The notes under the pieces: model-generated | The model's database searches: none | Told to the model about the DNA's origin: nothing | The model's input: the letters and a program-made list of their open reading frames with translations, nothing else | In this document: in pieces, positions 26,060-38,598 of the stretch | How positions within the stretch are numbered: the stretch's first letter is position 1 | Layout of the letters: each line of letters begins with the position of its first letter | NCBI RefSeq assembly: GCF_001194135.2 | Contig: NC_068996.1 | Location: forward strand, 9,378,128-9,442,127 | DNA: 64,000 nucleotides | Source: Octopus bimaculoides | Lineage: Eukaryota | Direction of reading: 5' to 3' | Translations under genes and position numbers: made by a program

Positions 26060-26658
26060 CATATATACATACATACACACACACACATACACATTCTCAC
26101 ATCAATTTAATAACAATATTTGACATTAAAGTTTTTTAAGTGCACTGAGTGCAACGTAGTGAATTCAAGTATTGCCTAAGCCATTGTGAAGGAGGAACTC
26201 TAACCTGACTGCATTCATTATTGTTTCTTTATAGTTGTTTCTTCCTCATTTCACTTCATATTTTTTAACTGGTTTGCATAATTCATTCTGTAAATGTGTA
26301 CAATGAATTATTGTTTGAGAAAACGCACACATCTGCATATACACTTGCATATGCACACATGCATACATACATATATATATATATTTACACAGACACACAT
26401 ATATACATGCATATATAATAAAGAGAGGGAGAGAGAGAGAGACATACATACATTCATGTATACACACTCCTACTCAAACATTGTTTGTAATTCAGACTAC
26501 AAAACTTGTATGTTTTATTGGGAGTACAGTATAAGTTTACTGAAACTGTTAGTGTATGTATATGTGTGTTTGCATACATTGTGTGTTTGTGTATATGCAG
26601 ATGTTTTCTTCTGTGTGTCAGATTTTACTTTCACGTCACTTAAAATCTGATGTGTCTT

Positions 26659-26703
<45 letters not shown>

Positions 26704-26949
26704 ATATTCCATAACTTAGTGGTTTGACAAATGAAGATTGATAAAATGAGTAACAGATAATGGAGTTGATGTGATTGACAAAACCCTGCAAGACTGCCCC
26801 AGCATGGCCGTACTCTAATGATCAAAACCAGTAAAACAATTCAAGAATTTTATACAGATTTTTATGCACTAATTAACCGCTTTAATGGGGTTCTTTTTCT
26901 CTTTCTCTCTTTCTCTCTCCCTCTCTTTCTCTCTCCCTCTCTCTCTCTA

Positions 26950-26988
<39 letters not shown>

Positions 26989-27585
26989 GATGTGAGGGAA
27001 TTTTAATTGTAGAAGCTAAAAACAAAAGGCAAAAAAAACCTGTCAGTCAAAATAATACTCTTAAAGTGTTTTTGGCCATTTCGATTGTTGAAGTGCTCCA
27101 GTTATGAAATGAGCCATGGTATATATATATATATATATATGTATATGTATATTAATGTGAGTTTAGAGGAATATATTATCTGGGTAGATACTGTGGTAGC
27201 TCTCAGTTATGTTCCTGGTTACGGCTAACTGCATTGATTAGTATTTAATGTCTATGACTACTAGAATTTGTCACTTTGAGCCATGTTTGCTTGAGCCAAG
27301 CTGGTTAAAATTCACTGAATGAAGCTGCACAGAAGATTATTCCCAGTTCCATATGCTACTGCTCTTACTCTATACAGAAAAATCAATGAGTTGTGTCAAA
27401 TGAATTTCACTTGCTTCCAGGGTTTATTTATAATGAACTTAACAAAACCTGTTTACAATGAGCCTCACCTCACACATCTGTCTGTCTGTCTCTCTCTCTC
27501 TCTAGAGGGAGAGAGAAAGAGTTAGAGAGAGAGAGAGAGAGATTATCTGTGTAGCAAGATATCTATGTTTCTAACTTTATATATT

Positions 27586-27651
<66 letters not shown>

Positions 27652-27925
27652 GGAGTAAGCACATGAAATGTGCAACAAGGTGGTAAAAAGAGTACTCAAA
27701 TATCAAAGGTAGAGTAATATGCTTTATTTAAAAGCAGCAGAAATACAACAGTCTTTTGTTATATTTCTGCTGCTTTTAAATAAAGTATATATATATACAT
27801 ATAAAGCAGTTTGCTTCCCAAGTCCCACCGTGTGGCACGTTGGGCAAGTATCTTCTACTATAACCTCAGGACAACTAAAGCTTTGTGAGTGGACCTGGTA
27901 GATGGAAACTGAAAGAAGCCCATTT

Positions 27926-27962
<37 letters not shown>

Positions 27963-28576
27963 ACATGTTTTACAAAAGATGAAAAAAATATAAATTTGTT
28001 TCATGTGCCAGTGACACCTACGAGTCACCTGTGCCGGTGACTTACAAAAAGCAACCACTATCTTCTTGTAGTGGTTGGTGTTAGAAAGGGCATACATCCA
28101 TAGAAACCAAGCCAAAATCAGACTGGAGCCTGGTAGAGTTCTCCAGCTTATCAGTTCCAGTCAAACCGTTTTAACTCACACCAGTTTGGAAAATGGACAT
28201 TAACAGATGGTGGTGGCGGCAGCAGCTGTAGTGGTGCAGCGGCAGCACTAATACACTCTATATCGCATCTATAATACAGCCACATTAGATACGTGGTGAT
28301 TTTTTTGCTGTTACATTTAAGAATACAAAAAGCATGTCTTGTACACTGGCAGATAAGATATTTTATATTGCTTCTTTTTTTTACATGTATTTTAATTTTT
28401 TTTGTTTTTGACATGTATTACTCTTTTACTCTTTTACTTGTTTCAGTCATTTGACTGCGGCNNNNNNNNNNTTTTTTTTTTTTTTTTTGTATACTTTATT
28501 GTTTATTTTATTTTATTTGTTCTTATACCGAGGATAAGTTAGATATTCATATGTAGAATTTCCTTTCTTCTTTTAG

Positions 28577-28667
28577 ATCCTGATGATTATTCAAATGCCC
28601 CTTTAGGGAGTATCAGCAAAACTAGTCCAGCATTGTTACCTCTGCAGAGGATTAAAGAAGCTTCAGA
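28577..28667 (+). CDS. Probable upstream 91-nt coding exon of the same KLF gene
   Basis: Polypyrimidine tract tcctttcttcttttag|AT and consensus donor CAGA|GTAAGT. Open frame (D)PDDYSNAPLGSISKTSPALLPLQRIKEAS ends in GA, which joins the first G of the 62089 exon to give GAG (Glu) in frame. Too short to appear in the ORF track. Confidence 0.68.
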
Positions 28668-30263
28668 GTAAGTATTTCAAAACATTGATTTTTCTTTTCT
28701 TTTCTTTCCCTCTCCCCCTTTTTCTTTATACTCAATTTTTTTTTTCTTTTTTTTTTTTGTTAAACTTCTATTTTCAGTATTGGTCTGTAATTCTAATAAA
28801 CCTTTACTTACTGATTGGCAGAAGAACAAAAAACAAAATTAACTCCAACCCAACCTGCTAATCCTCTCTCATTCTCACCATCTTGTGTCTTAAGAGTTTG
28901 ATCCGTTTTTCTATAATCACCTTCTTCATCTTCTTTGTCTTCCCAGTTATTTCTCCTCATCCTTATATAATGTGGGATAACCATATATCTTTTCCTATTT
29001 TTAATCATCGTCTTCATCATCATTATTATCTTCATTATCATCAGTCTTATCATCATCATCATCATCATCCCCATTATCATCATCATCAAAGTGGTGAGTT
29101 GGCAGAATCACTTCTGCACCAAACGAAATTCTTCACATCATTCCTTCCAGTTCTTTACGTTTTGAGTTGAAATTGCTGCCAAGGTCAACTTCACCCTTTT
29201 ATCTTTTCAGAGTCAATAAAATAAAGTACCTGTTATTTATTGGGTTCAGTTTAATTGACTCGTGACTCCCATGAAAAATCCTGGTCTTGTAAAGAATTAT
29301 CATCATCATAATCATAATCATCATTATCATCTGATATAGAAATTGGAAAAATTTGGGAGTGGGGGAAATTTCTTCTTTGGTTCATCCTTAACCTTTGATA
29401 TTTCATTTTGCAAGGGACAAAAACTTGCCTACCTGGAACAGAGAAAAAAAAGGAACTGTCTTATCTATGTGTCCTTTTTGATTTTTTTTCATGATGTTCT
29501 CTCGGTATATTATGTCTGTTTATATACTATGTGTATAATTCAAGTGCTCTAGGTGCACTGTGCATAGCATAGCTGTACTATGGGGTTTATTACATGTTCA
29601 CATGATGCTTACTATGCATTTTATAATGTTCTGTAGATAGATTGGTGAACAAAACTGCTTTCTCCAGTTTGAGGGTAAAGTAATTTTAAGAGGATACATC
29701 TGATTTCCACAGTAAAAGAATTAATGAGAGAAAGATCTATCAGTTCCATTTCACATCTAAGAAGGTTTATGATATATTAATGATACTACTTTTAATATTA
29801 ATGATAGAGTTACCAACACCCTGTACATCATCACATGCTACAAATGCACCCGTACTCTACCATCACATCCAACCAATCCTTCTTTATTGCTGTGTCTTCT
29901 CCAATCATCTGATTGGATAACTCTTTCACTGCAACATTATGCTTTAAATGATGTTGAATATCTACCAAAAAAATAGAATTGATATTTTCCGCAAGTCTGA
30001 TTCCTACAATGAACTTAATATACCTCAACTAAAAAAAAAGAAAAAAAAATAGTTTCAAATTTGACATTTTGTAACAAAAGATAGCTTGGTATATAAAACT
30101 ATTTTCTGGAGTTAAGGGTAATGAAATTTTGAATGAATATATTTGATTTCCTACAATAAAAAGGGTTAATGGCTTAGAAAGTCAGTTGATTGAATAACTA
30201 AATGTTCTTCAATAGAACTGATGGTGGATCCATTTTGCATTTTATAGGTATACCATGCATATG

Positions 30264-30314
<51 letters not shown>

Positions 30315-30356
30315 GAGAGATAGATTGATAGATAGATAGATAGATAGATAGATAGT

Positions 30357-30815
30357 GTGTCAATAGCCAGCTGGAGGAGGTGTCTTCCTGGGGCTACAAG
30401 CTACAGTAGCATCAATCCTTAAAGGTTAGCCATGTTTAGGTGGCAAATATACTTCACGATGTCGTGCGGCTACTGTTTATACCTTGCTCAGAAATTTATT
30501 ATTGCTTGTTTCCACTTTTACAAGATCAGTGACTTTCCGTCACTGGAAAAAGTGTATATATTTTGCATTGAGAATCACTCAACCAGTAATTGTCACACAC
30601 TGATGACGGGTCAATACCCAGAAACTTGGGTCTGTATGCATCCTGTCAGGCTGGAGATGGGAAGGATGACTTCCCTTTGCACGGAAAGTGTCAATAGCCA
30701 GCTGGAGGAGATGTCCTCCTGGGGATACATGCTACAGTAGCATCAATCCTTAAGGGTTAGCCACATTTAGGTGGCAAATATACTTCAGGATGTTGTGCAG
30801 CTATTGTTTATACCT
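30357..30815 (+). mobile_element. Retrozyme-like partial tandem repeat (331-nt unit, about 1.4 copies) containing the hammerhead
   Basis: 128-bp direct repeats at 30357-30484 and 30688-30815 (11 mismatches, no indels), offset by exactly 331 nt. Hammerhead in the single-copy part. No ORF. Confidence 0.7.
30594..30638 (+). ncRNA. Type I hammerhead ribozyme motif (minimal stem III)
   Basis: Stem I CACACA/TGTATG (5 of 6 bp); core CTGATGA 30600-30606; stem II CGGGT-CAAT-ACCCA (4 bp plus a C.A mismatch); GAAA 30621-30624; stem III AC-TTGG-GT; cleavage triplet GTC, cut after 30632. Confidence 0.78.
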
Positions 30816-30825
30816 CACTCTGGCT

Positions 30826-30997
30826 TTGAGGTAAGTAGCTTGCTTACCAACCACATGGTTCCGGGTTCAGTCTCACAGCATGGCACCTTGGGCAAGTGTC
30901 TTCTACTATAGCCTTGGGCCGACCAAAGCCTTGTTAGTGGATTTGGTAGACAGAAACTGAAAAGAAGCCCGTTGTATATATGTATGTGTGTTTGTGT
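30826..30997 (+). mobile_element. SINE family A, 5' half, abutting the retrozyme-like repeat
   Basis: GTAAGTAGCTTGCTTACCAACCACATGGTTCCGGGTTCAGTC...GAAGCCCG, then an assembly gap. Confidence 0.8.
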
Positions 30998-33758
30998 NNN
31001 NNNNNNNNNNNNNNNNNNNNNNNNNNNNNNNNNNNNNNNNNNNNNNNNNNNNNNNNNNNNNNNNNNNNNNNNNNNNNNNNNNNNNNNNNNNNNNNNNNNN
31101 NNNNNNNNNNNNNNNNNNNNNNNNNNNNNNNNNNNNNNNNNNNNNNNNNNNNNNNNNNNNNNNNNNNNNNNNNNNNNNNNNNNNNNNNNNNNNNNNNNNN
31201 NNNNNNNNNNNNNNNNNNNNNNNNNNNNNNNNNNNNNNNNNNNNNNNNNNNNNNNNNNNNNNNNNNNNNNNNNNNNNNNNNNNNNNNNNNNNNNNNNNNN
31301 NNNNNNNNNNNNNNNNNNNNNNNNNNNNNNNNNNNNNNNNNNNNNNNNNNNNNNNNNNNNNNNNNNNNNNNNNNNNNNNNNNNNNNNNNNNNNNNNNNNN
31401 NNNNNNNNNNNNNNNNNNNNNNNNNNNNNNNNNNNNNNNNNNNNNNNNNNNNNNNNNNNNNNNNNNNNNNNNNNNNNNNNNNNNNNNNNNNNNNNNNNNN
31501 NNNNNNNNNNNNNNNNNNNNNNNNNNNNNNNNNNNNNNNNNNNNNNNNNNNNNNNNNNNNNNNNNNNNNNNNNNNNNNNNNNNNNNNNNNNNNNNNNNNN
31601 NNNNNNNNNNNNNNNNNNNNNNNNNNNNNNNNNNNNNNNNNNNNNNNNNNNNNNNNNNNNNNNNNNNNNNNNNNNNNNNNNNNNNNNNNNNNNNNNNNNN
31701 NNNNNNNNNNNNNNNNNNNNNNNNNNNNNNNNNNNNNNNNNNNNNNNNNNNNNNNNNNCACACACACACACACACACACACTCACAATGCACACCAGTCA
31801 CATGTCAAAGCAGAACAAACAAACAAACAAACAAGCAAAAAGGAGAAAAAAAAAACTCTGGATGACTGATGCAGGATGTGATATGTGGTGGGTGGGTGGA
31901 TGGGTGTGAGAGAGAAAGAAAAGAGGAACTATGCCTTTCCTTCTTCTCTCTCTTTCCGTCTCTTTCACCCAAATATTCATACACACACACACACACACAC
32001 ACACACAAGTTGACTGAGAGTGGTTTCTCTCTCTTCTCCATATAAACCTCCATTCTCCCCCAACCCCACCCTTCTCTCTCTTATTCAACCACTCTCAATG
32101 AGATTCTAGTAAAGTCCCTTACATATTTGGTTTGGTGATAAAAGGCATTCTCATTATGACCCCTTCTACTTTGTCTAATGTGTCTTTTTTGTATTTAAGA
32201 CAGTTATTTAAAAAAAAAAAATTAAAAAATAGGCTGTTATTTCTAGCAGGTTGCGTGATCACTTAAAAGAAGTTTCCATCTAGGCTCATCTTGATCCCTG
32301 TCTCATCTCATTCATCTCATCCATATGGCTAATGTTTCCAGGAAAGCTAAAAGATTGAGCTTGCCCCCATTCCAAAAACCAAAAAAAAAAGACAAAAAAG
32401 ATTTTAAAAATCTCATCTACTAAATCCTTTCACAAGGTATTGGTCAACCTGGGACTATAGTAGAAGTACTTGCTCAAGGTGTTACACAGTTGTGTTCAGT
32501 GCCACTACATGGTAATTTGGATATCCTCTATTGCTCGGGGCTGATCAATGCCCTGTGAGTGAATTTCATAGATGGAAGCTGTGTAGAAGACCATCATGTG
32601 TGTGTGTGTGAATGTATGTGTGTGTATTATGCATGTATATATTTATATGTCCCCCACCATCACCACCACTGCTATTAACAACTGGTGTTGTTTTGTTTAC
32701 GTCCCTGTAACTTAGTGGTTCGGCAAAAGATACCGGTGGAATAAGTACCGGGTTTAACCCTTTAGCATTTAAACCAGACATATCTGGCTCAAAAGATTCT
32801 TCCTGTTTTATTTTCGTGTTCAAATTGGTCAGATCCTACCTCTCATACCAACCCTACACTGTCATTCTAAAAATAGGCAATCCACATCATCAAAATCTTA
32901 TAGCTACATGATAAACCATGATTAATTAAAAAGACAGACAGACTGATCAGAATACTGTGTGGGATAAAGATATGAGAATCAATTTGTTGAAAAAATAAGT
33001 ACTAGGATCAATTCATTCAACTAAAAATTCTAGGTGGTGCCCCAGCATGGCCACAGTCTAATGACTGAAATAGATAAAAGATATACTTTTAGATTACTTG
33101 CAACACTGTGTTCCTTAACATTATGAATATCAGAACCCTTGTAAGACCAAATTTGTTTTTTGTTTTTCCAGAGTCAATAAAATAAGTTACCATTCCAAAG
33201 AATAAAAAATTTACTTTATCTGCTGTAACTGTATATAATGTTAACTCCCACATGTTGAACCTAAATATCAGTCGTGTATTTGACTGTTAGATGAATTCAT
33301 TTGTGTTTGGTAGGAATAGAGAAGGATTCAATTTGGCACTCTGTTTCTGAAAAGGAGTAAAAAAATTTTTTTAATTTCAAAAGCAATAGAAAGAGTCGTT
33401 GAAAAAGAATAGAGCTACAAAATAAAAAAATAATAATAAATAAATAAAACGCTATGATAAAAATATTTTTCTTGTTAATTGAAACAACACTAGAAAGAAC
33501 TAAAATAAATGGAAAAAAGGACCAATTCATTTGTCTGTCCAATAGTTTACCCCCCCCCCTTTTTGTGTGTTTGTTTGTTGTTTTTTAAACTCCACAATTG
33601 CTGCTGCACAGTTTTTCCACACTGCTACCACGCCAAAGATGATACTGGAGCTCAACACGGCCCTGCCACCCACCAGTTTCCTGTCAAAAGCCAACATTAA
33701 CTGATGATAATGAGAATGTTGCTATAGGATGATTGTTATTTTAGAAGTGCTGTAAGTT

Positions 33759-33919
33759 CAGAAGTTCTCAACTACATGATCCTTAGGGGTTCATATAAGA
33801 TACTATTTTAGAAACATAATAGGATTTTTCTGGAGTATCAAATGGCGTATGTAATCCAATTGGATAAATTAAGAAACAAAGAGATCCATAGGCAAAAAAA
33901 AAATGGTTGGAAACCACTG
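33759..33919. mobile_element. Short hAT-like MITE
   Basis: CAGAAGTTCTCAACT ... GGTTGGAAACCACTG; internal similarity to 38265-38598. Confidence 0.55.
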
Positions 33920-34036
33920 ATAGGGTTGATTACATCAACTAAAGCATTCTTAAAAGACATCCAGAGGAATGAAATTCTTAGTCATCTTTACCATGCATTT
34001 CGTCCCTCCAGTGGGGCTCTATAAAATAAAGTTAGC

Positions 34037-34335
34037 GAAGGCACGTGGTTGAGTGGTTAGGGTATTTAGCTCATGGTCATAAGCTTGCGAGTTCGATTCC
34101 CAGCTGCACATTGTGTCCTTGAGCATGCTCCAGTCCACTCAGCTGGCAAAAATGGGTAGAACCTATATTTCAAAGGGCCAGCCTTGTCCCATTCGGTGTG
34201 TTACAATGAATATCCCTGAGAACTATGTTAAGGGTACACATGTTTGTGGAGTGCTCAGCCACTCACACATTAATTTCACAAGCAGGCTGTTGTTCTATTG
34301 TGGAACTCTCATCACTGCAACTGACAGTGTGCCTA
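34037..34335 (+). mobile_element. tRNA-head SINE, family C
   Basis: GAAGGCACGTGGTTGAGTGGTTAGGG ... GAGTTCGATTCCC ... GTGTCCTTGAGCA. Related copies at 60947-61272 and 54036-54290. Confidence 0.8.
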
Positions 34336-34424
34336 ATTACAAAATTAGTATCAAACACAAACCAAATTCAATATACTGAATCAATTAAGACATTTGCCCC
34401 AAATTTGTATCCTTGTGGTAATAC

Positions 34425-34830
34425 TCTTACTCTCTCTTTTACTCTTTTACTTGTTTCAGTCATTTGACTGCGGCCATGCTGGAGCACTGCTTTTTTAGTC
34501 GAGCAAATCGACCCCAGGACTTATTCTTTGGAAGCCTAGTACTTATTCTATCAGTCTCTTTTGCCGAACCGCTAAGTTACGGGGACGTAAACACACCAGC
34601 ATCGGTTGTCAAGTGATGGTGGGGAGACAAATACAGACACACAAACACACATACATATATACATACATATATATACGACGGGCTTCTTTCAGTTTCCGTC
34701 TACCAAATCCACTCACAAGGCTTTGGTCGGCCCGAGGCTATAGTAGAAGACACTTGCCCAAAGTGTCACACAGTGGGACTGAACCTGGAACCATGTGGTT
34801 CGTAAGCAAGCTACTTACCACACAGCCACT
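34425..34830 (-). mobile_element. SINE family A, near full length
   Basis: Reverse complement of the family consensus. Further copies at about 7895-8243, 17645-18030, 20016-20378, 21950-22310, 39346-40541, 46150-46570 and 58955-59381. Confidence 0.85.
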
Positions 34831-35049
34831 ATTAACACTAGAGGGATGAAAGGCAAAAATTGCCCTTGACAGCATTTGAACTCAGAATGTAAAGGGCTGG
34901 AAGAACTACCACAAGGCATTTTGTCTGATGCTCCAACAAGGATAGAAGCGACCCACAAAGTGGGCTCTGTGGAAAGTATGAAGAAACAATCAACTGCCTT
35001 GTTTCTGGAGGTCTGGAATTGGTAAAAGTCTTAGACATCCACAAGACCA

Positions 35050-35730
35050 CACTGAAGAATATGCAGGAGTTTCTAAGTGAAAATGACTGAGAAGTGATAA
35101 AATTCTACACTAAATGTGGTCACTGAAGCAATGATGTCACCATTTTCTGGAAGATGCCTAACCACACTAGTAGATGAATGCCAACTACCCTGACATTATT
35201 ATCAAAGATAGAAGAGATAAGAGGTACATACGATCATGGCCAAAAGTTTGGAATATAGGTCTGAAAATTGGAATTTTTATATTAAATGTCCAAAGTTATA
35301 TTTAATTTGCAATAATATTATTATTTAGCCAAAAATTTGGAACATGGGTCTGAAACTTTTTTCTTGTAGATATTGAACCATCGGATCAATTATTTAGTAA
35401 ATATATCTCTACATTGTCTAGAATTAAATGGAATTGTACTTGGGTATAACAATTTTAAATTTTAAAAAGATGTTTCAAACTTTTGGCCACGACTGTACAC
35501 ATCAACACGGCGACATCTTCCAAAAGAAATGCTTTTGTGACAGTTATGACGAAGCTAGCAAAATACAAGCACCTTGATTCATAGTATGAAGATCAAAATG
35601 GTACTAGAGTTTGTTGTGTCACACATGGAAAAAAGTTCACCAGCTATATCCTAGGTAACATCAATATTTTGTACAGTCTAGAAGATCACCCCTATTGAGA
35701 ACAGTTCACATATTGTTTGAGAGTATTGTC
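35050..35730 (+). mobile_element. Degraded R4/Dong-like RLE endonuclease region, split by a Tc1 MITE
   Basis: VTIFWKMPNHTSR / ANYPDIIIKDRRDKRYI [MITE] HINTATSSKRNAFVTVMTKLAKYKHLD / KITLLRTVHIL; includes the PD motif. Confidence 0.7.
35231..35495. mobile_element. Tc1-type MITE with TA TSD
   Basis: TA|CGATCATGGCCAAAAGTTTGGAA ... TTCAAACTTTTGGCCACGACTG|TA (Tc1-like TIR CAGTCGTGGCCAAAAGTTT). The host frame resumes on the other side. Confidence 0.85.
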
Positions 35731-36826
35731 AATCAGGTGATTTTTTTTTTAAATATATTTTTCCTATTAATGCCTCAGGGCCACAGTTTTGAGACCCTCC
35801 CTACAGGATATAAAACAAGAAACACAAAAGGAACAACAACAACTAATAATAATAATAATAATGATATGTCTAAAGAAGGTACAATATAATTATAGAGCTG
35901 GCCTGGGAACTTCAGTCCTCTGTTGTTTCATGAGTAGACAAGTTTCAGCAAGACTTTGTTTTCAAATTATGCTTTTTTATTACTGCCACCACCAACACCA
36001 CTACCAACACTACTACTACTACTACTACTACCATCATCATCATCATCATCATCATCATCATTAGCTTTTATTTCTACAACTGTTGTGTGTGAGCTACCCC
36101 ACCTTCTCGCTCTAATTTATTGTTTAACTGAAACTTAATCTTGAAGGACATCTAGTATTTCCACATCAGTTCATTGTTGTTTGTTGTTGTTTGCTTTATT
36201 TTTATTTATTTATTTATTTATTTGTTTGCTTGTTTGTGCTGTGTTAAGGAGTCCTGTATGATGTAAAAGAAATTTGTGGGTTTTGTTGTGTGTGTGTGTA
36301 ATAGATGCCTCTCTTAAAAGAATTAGCGAGTGCAAGTTTGAGAGGATTGTCTGTTTGGTCACTTGACATGCCTGGAAATAGCTGCTAAATTTCCCTCAAA
36401 TTACTGGTTCCAGTCTTAAAATAGGAACGGTCACATTGAATAATTCAATTCTGGATATACAAACAAAAGCAGGAAAGGTCATGGATGGACAGCTTTGATT
36501 ATAAATCTGCTGAATCAGAGCAACAGCAGATCTTTATTAGGATAAAATTAACATTCTTCATATTGTTAAAGTTTTTTTGCTTTAATTGCTTATGCACAAG
36601 GAAAGGACCATACTCATGACCCCCTTCAGGGGCCTCCAAGATACCTTCAAATTGAAGATGTGACCTGATTGATTCTAATGGTGAAGGCTTCATTAAAGGT
36701 ACCCAGATACCTGACACTAATGTTAAAGGGGGTGACAAATTTAGACTACCACCTGTTACTACAATGGCATGATTATGGACTCAGAATATCAAGAACTGGA
36801 AAATACCACCACAAGGTCTCTCTCTT

Positions 36827-36885
<59 letters not shown>

Positions 36886-36999
36886 NNNNNNNNNNNNNNN
36901 NNNNNNNNNNNNNNNNNNNNNNNNNNNNNNNNNNNNNNNNNNNNNNNNNNNNNNNNNNNNNNNNNNNNNNNNNNNNNNNNNNNNNNNNNNNNNNNNNNN

Positions 37000-37049
<50 letters not shown>

Positions 37050-37199
37050 ACACACACCCCGATGTTCTAACAATTCAGCCAACATTTTTGGTTTTATTTA
37101 TTAACCCTGGAAGGATGACAAGGGGCTAAGCTGACCTTGACGGATTTTGAACTCAGCCTGCAGTCAAAAGCCAGAATCTCTTCATCTTCTACACCAATT

Positions 37200-37760
37200 A
37201 TTCTTGGGAGGGTCTTGTGGGCACTTCTTCCTTCAGTTGCTATCAGAAACGACTATTATTACACTTTCCTGCTGTTTTATCAACCATGGCCAACTGACAT
37301 TACGGATATTATCCAACTGTTTTGTTCCTGGGCTACCCCTAGGTCTCCTGCCAGTAATTTTAACTGGAAGAATCTATCTTGTGATTCTTTTTTTGTGACA
37401 TTTCAATCGCATGTCTGTAGTACCAGTGCTGTGGCTCCTCTCAATGCAGAGACACGTTCCAGTTTGACCTGGAGATGTCTTGTAATGTTACTCAAGAGAT
37501 CCTTCAGAGGAACTCCATTTTGGTCAATTGTATTTTGTCAGTCATTACCCAGAATTCATGACAATACGTTGAGGATTGACATAAAAACCAAATTGAAGAA
37601 AGCAAGTTTGATTTCTTTACCAACCTCTCCTCTTCTGAAGATTTGATGCTGGAATTGGCACATAACTGCACAAGCACCTTTTACTGTAGCTTCCAATTTA
37701 GAGTCTCCTGTTTTCCCAAGATGAGAAGCCAAAATGCTGCAGTATGTTTCATCCAGCATG
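37200..37760 (-). mobile_element. Degraded RTE-like LINE 3' end (different family)
   Basis: AVMCQFQHQIFRRGEVGKEIKLAFFN, ILNVLS/HEFWVMTDKIQLTKMEFL and GRRPRGSPGTKQLDNIRNVSW. Confidence 0.65.
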
Positions 37761-38264
37761 GAATATGATTAATCAATCAATTCATTTATTAATTGTTTAA
37801 TCAATTCATTCGTCCTGTTAATTTGATTTCTACTTCATGTTATGTTGACTGCACCTGGTCAGTTTTGATAACGCAAACCAATACAATGGAAGTAATTAAA
37901 TCAGTATTTCTAGATCTTTCTGTCATGTCTCTACTATAGAACAAGGTGTTGCAAGATACAGAGTCTTAGCCATTCAGCATCCGGAGTACTCTGTCTTATG
38001 TAATACTTATTTCTTCACATTGTTCTCAATTAATGATGCTTTATCTTGTAGCTACAAAATGTGATTGTTTATTTTTAGAATGACATTGTAGGATAGGTGT
38101 GATAGGTTAGATCTGGCCAGTTTGAACAAGAAACATGTAGGATATTTGGGCTGGTTGATTATTTATTTTTAGAATGACATTGTAGGATAAGTGTGAGAGG
38201 CTGGATCTGGCTTATTTGAACATAAAATAGGTAGAATATTTAGGCTGGAATGGCCGGTTGAAAC

Positions 38265-38598
38265 CAGTGGTTCTCAACCACGGTCCATATAAGATTTTGG
38301 GGGGGTCCATGCAACAAAATGGTAAACTGGGGATCCACAATAGTATTTTAAGGGCCCCTGAAAAAATTTTGCTTTAGATGTATGTATTGGTATGTATTGC
38401 AAGAAACAGCTAGGTTTCTTTTTCTGACATTTTCCATTGTTCAACTTACACAAGTTAATGTATGAAGAACAAAATAGGAATTTTGAAAAAAAGCATGTAT
38501 AAAACTAGTTTTTAAACATCAGATGGTTATGGCGGTTCACCAAAATAAAATAATAAACAAAGGGATCTGTAAATAAAAAAAATGGTTGAGAACTCTTG
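38265..38598. mobile_element. hAT (Charlie-like) MITE inserted in a piggyBac-type MITE
   Basis: TIRs CAGTGGTTCTCAACC / GGTTGAGAACTCTTG; 8-bp TSD GTTGAAAC / GTTTAAAT. Confidence 0.8.
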
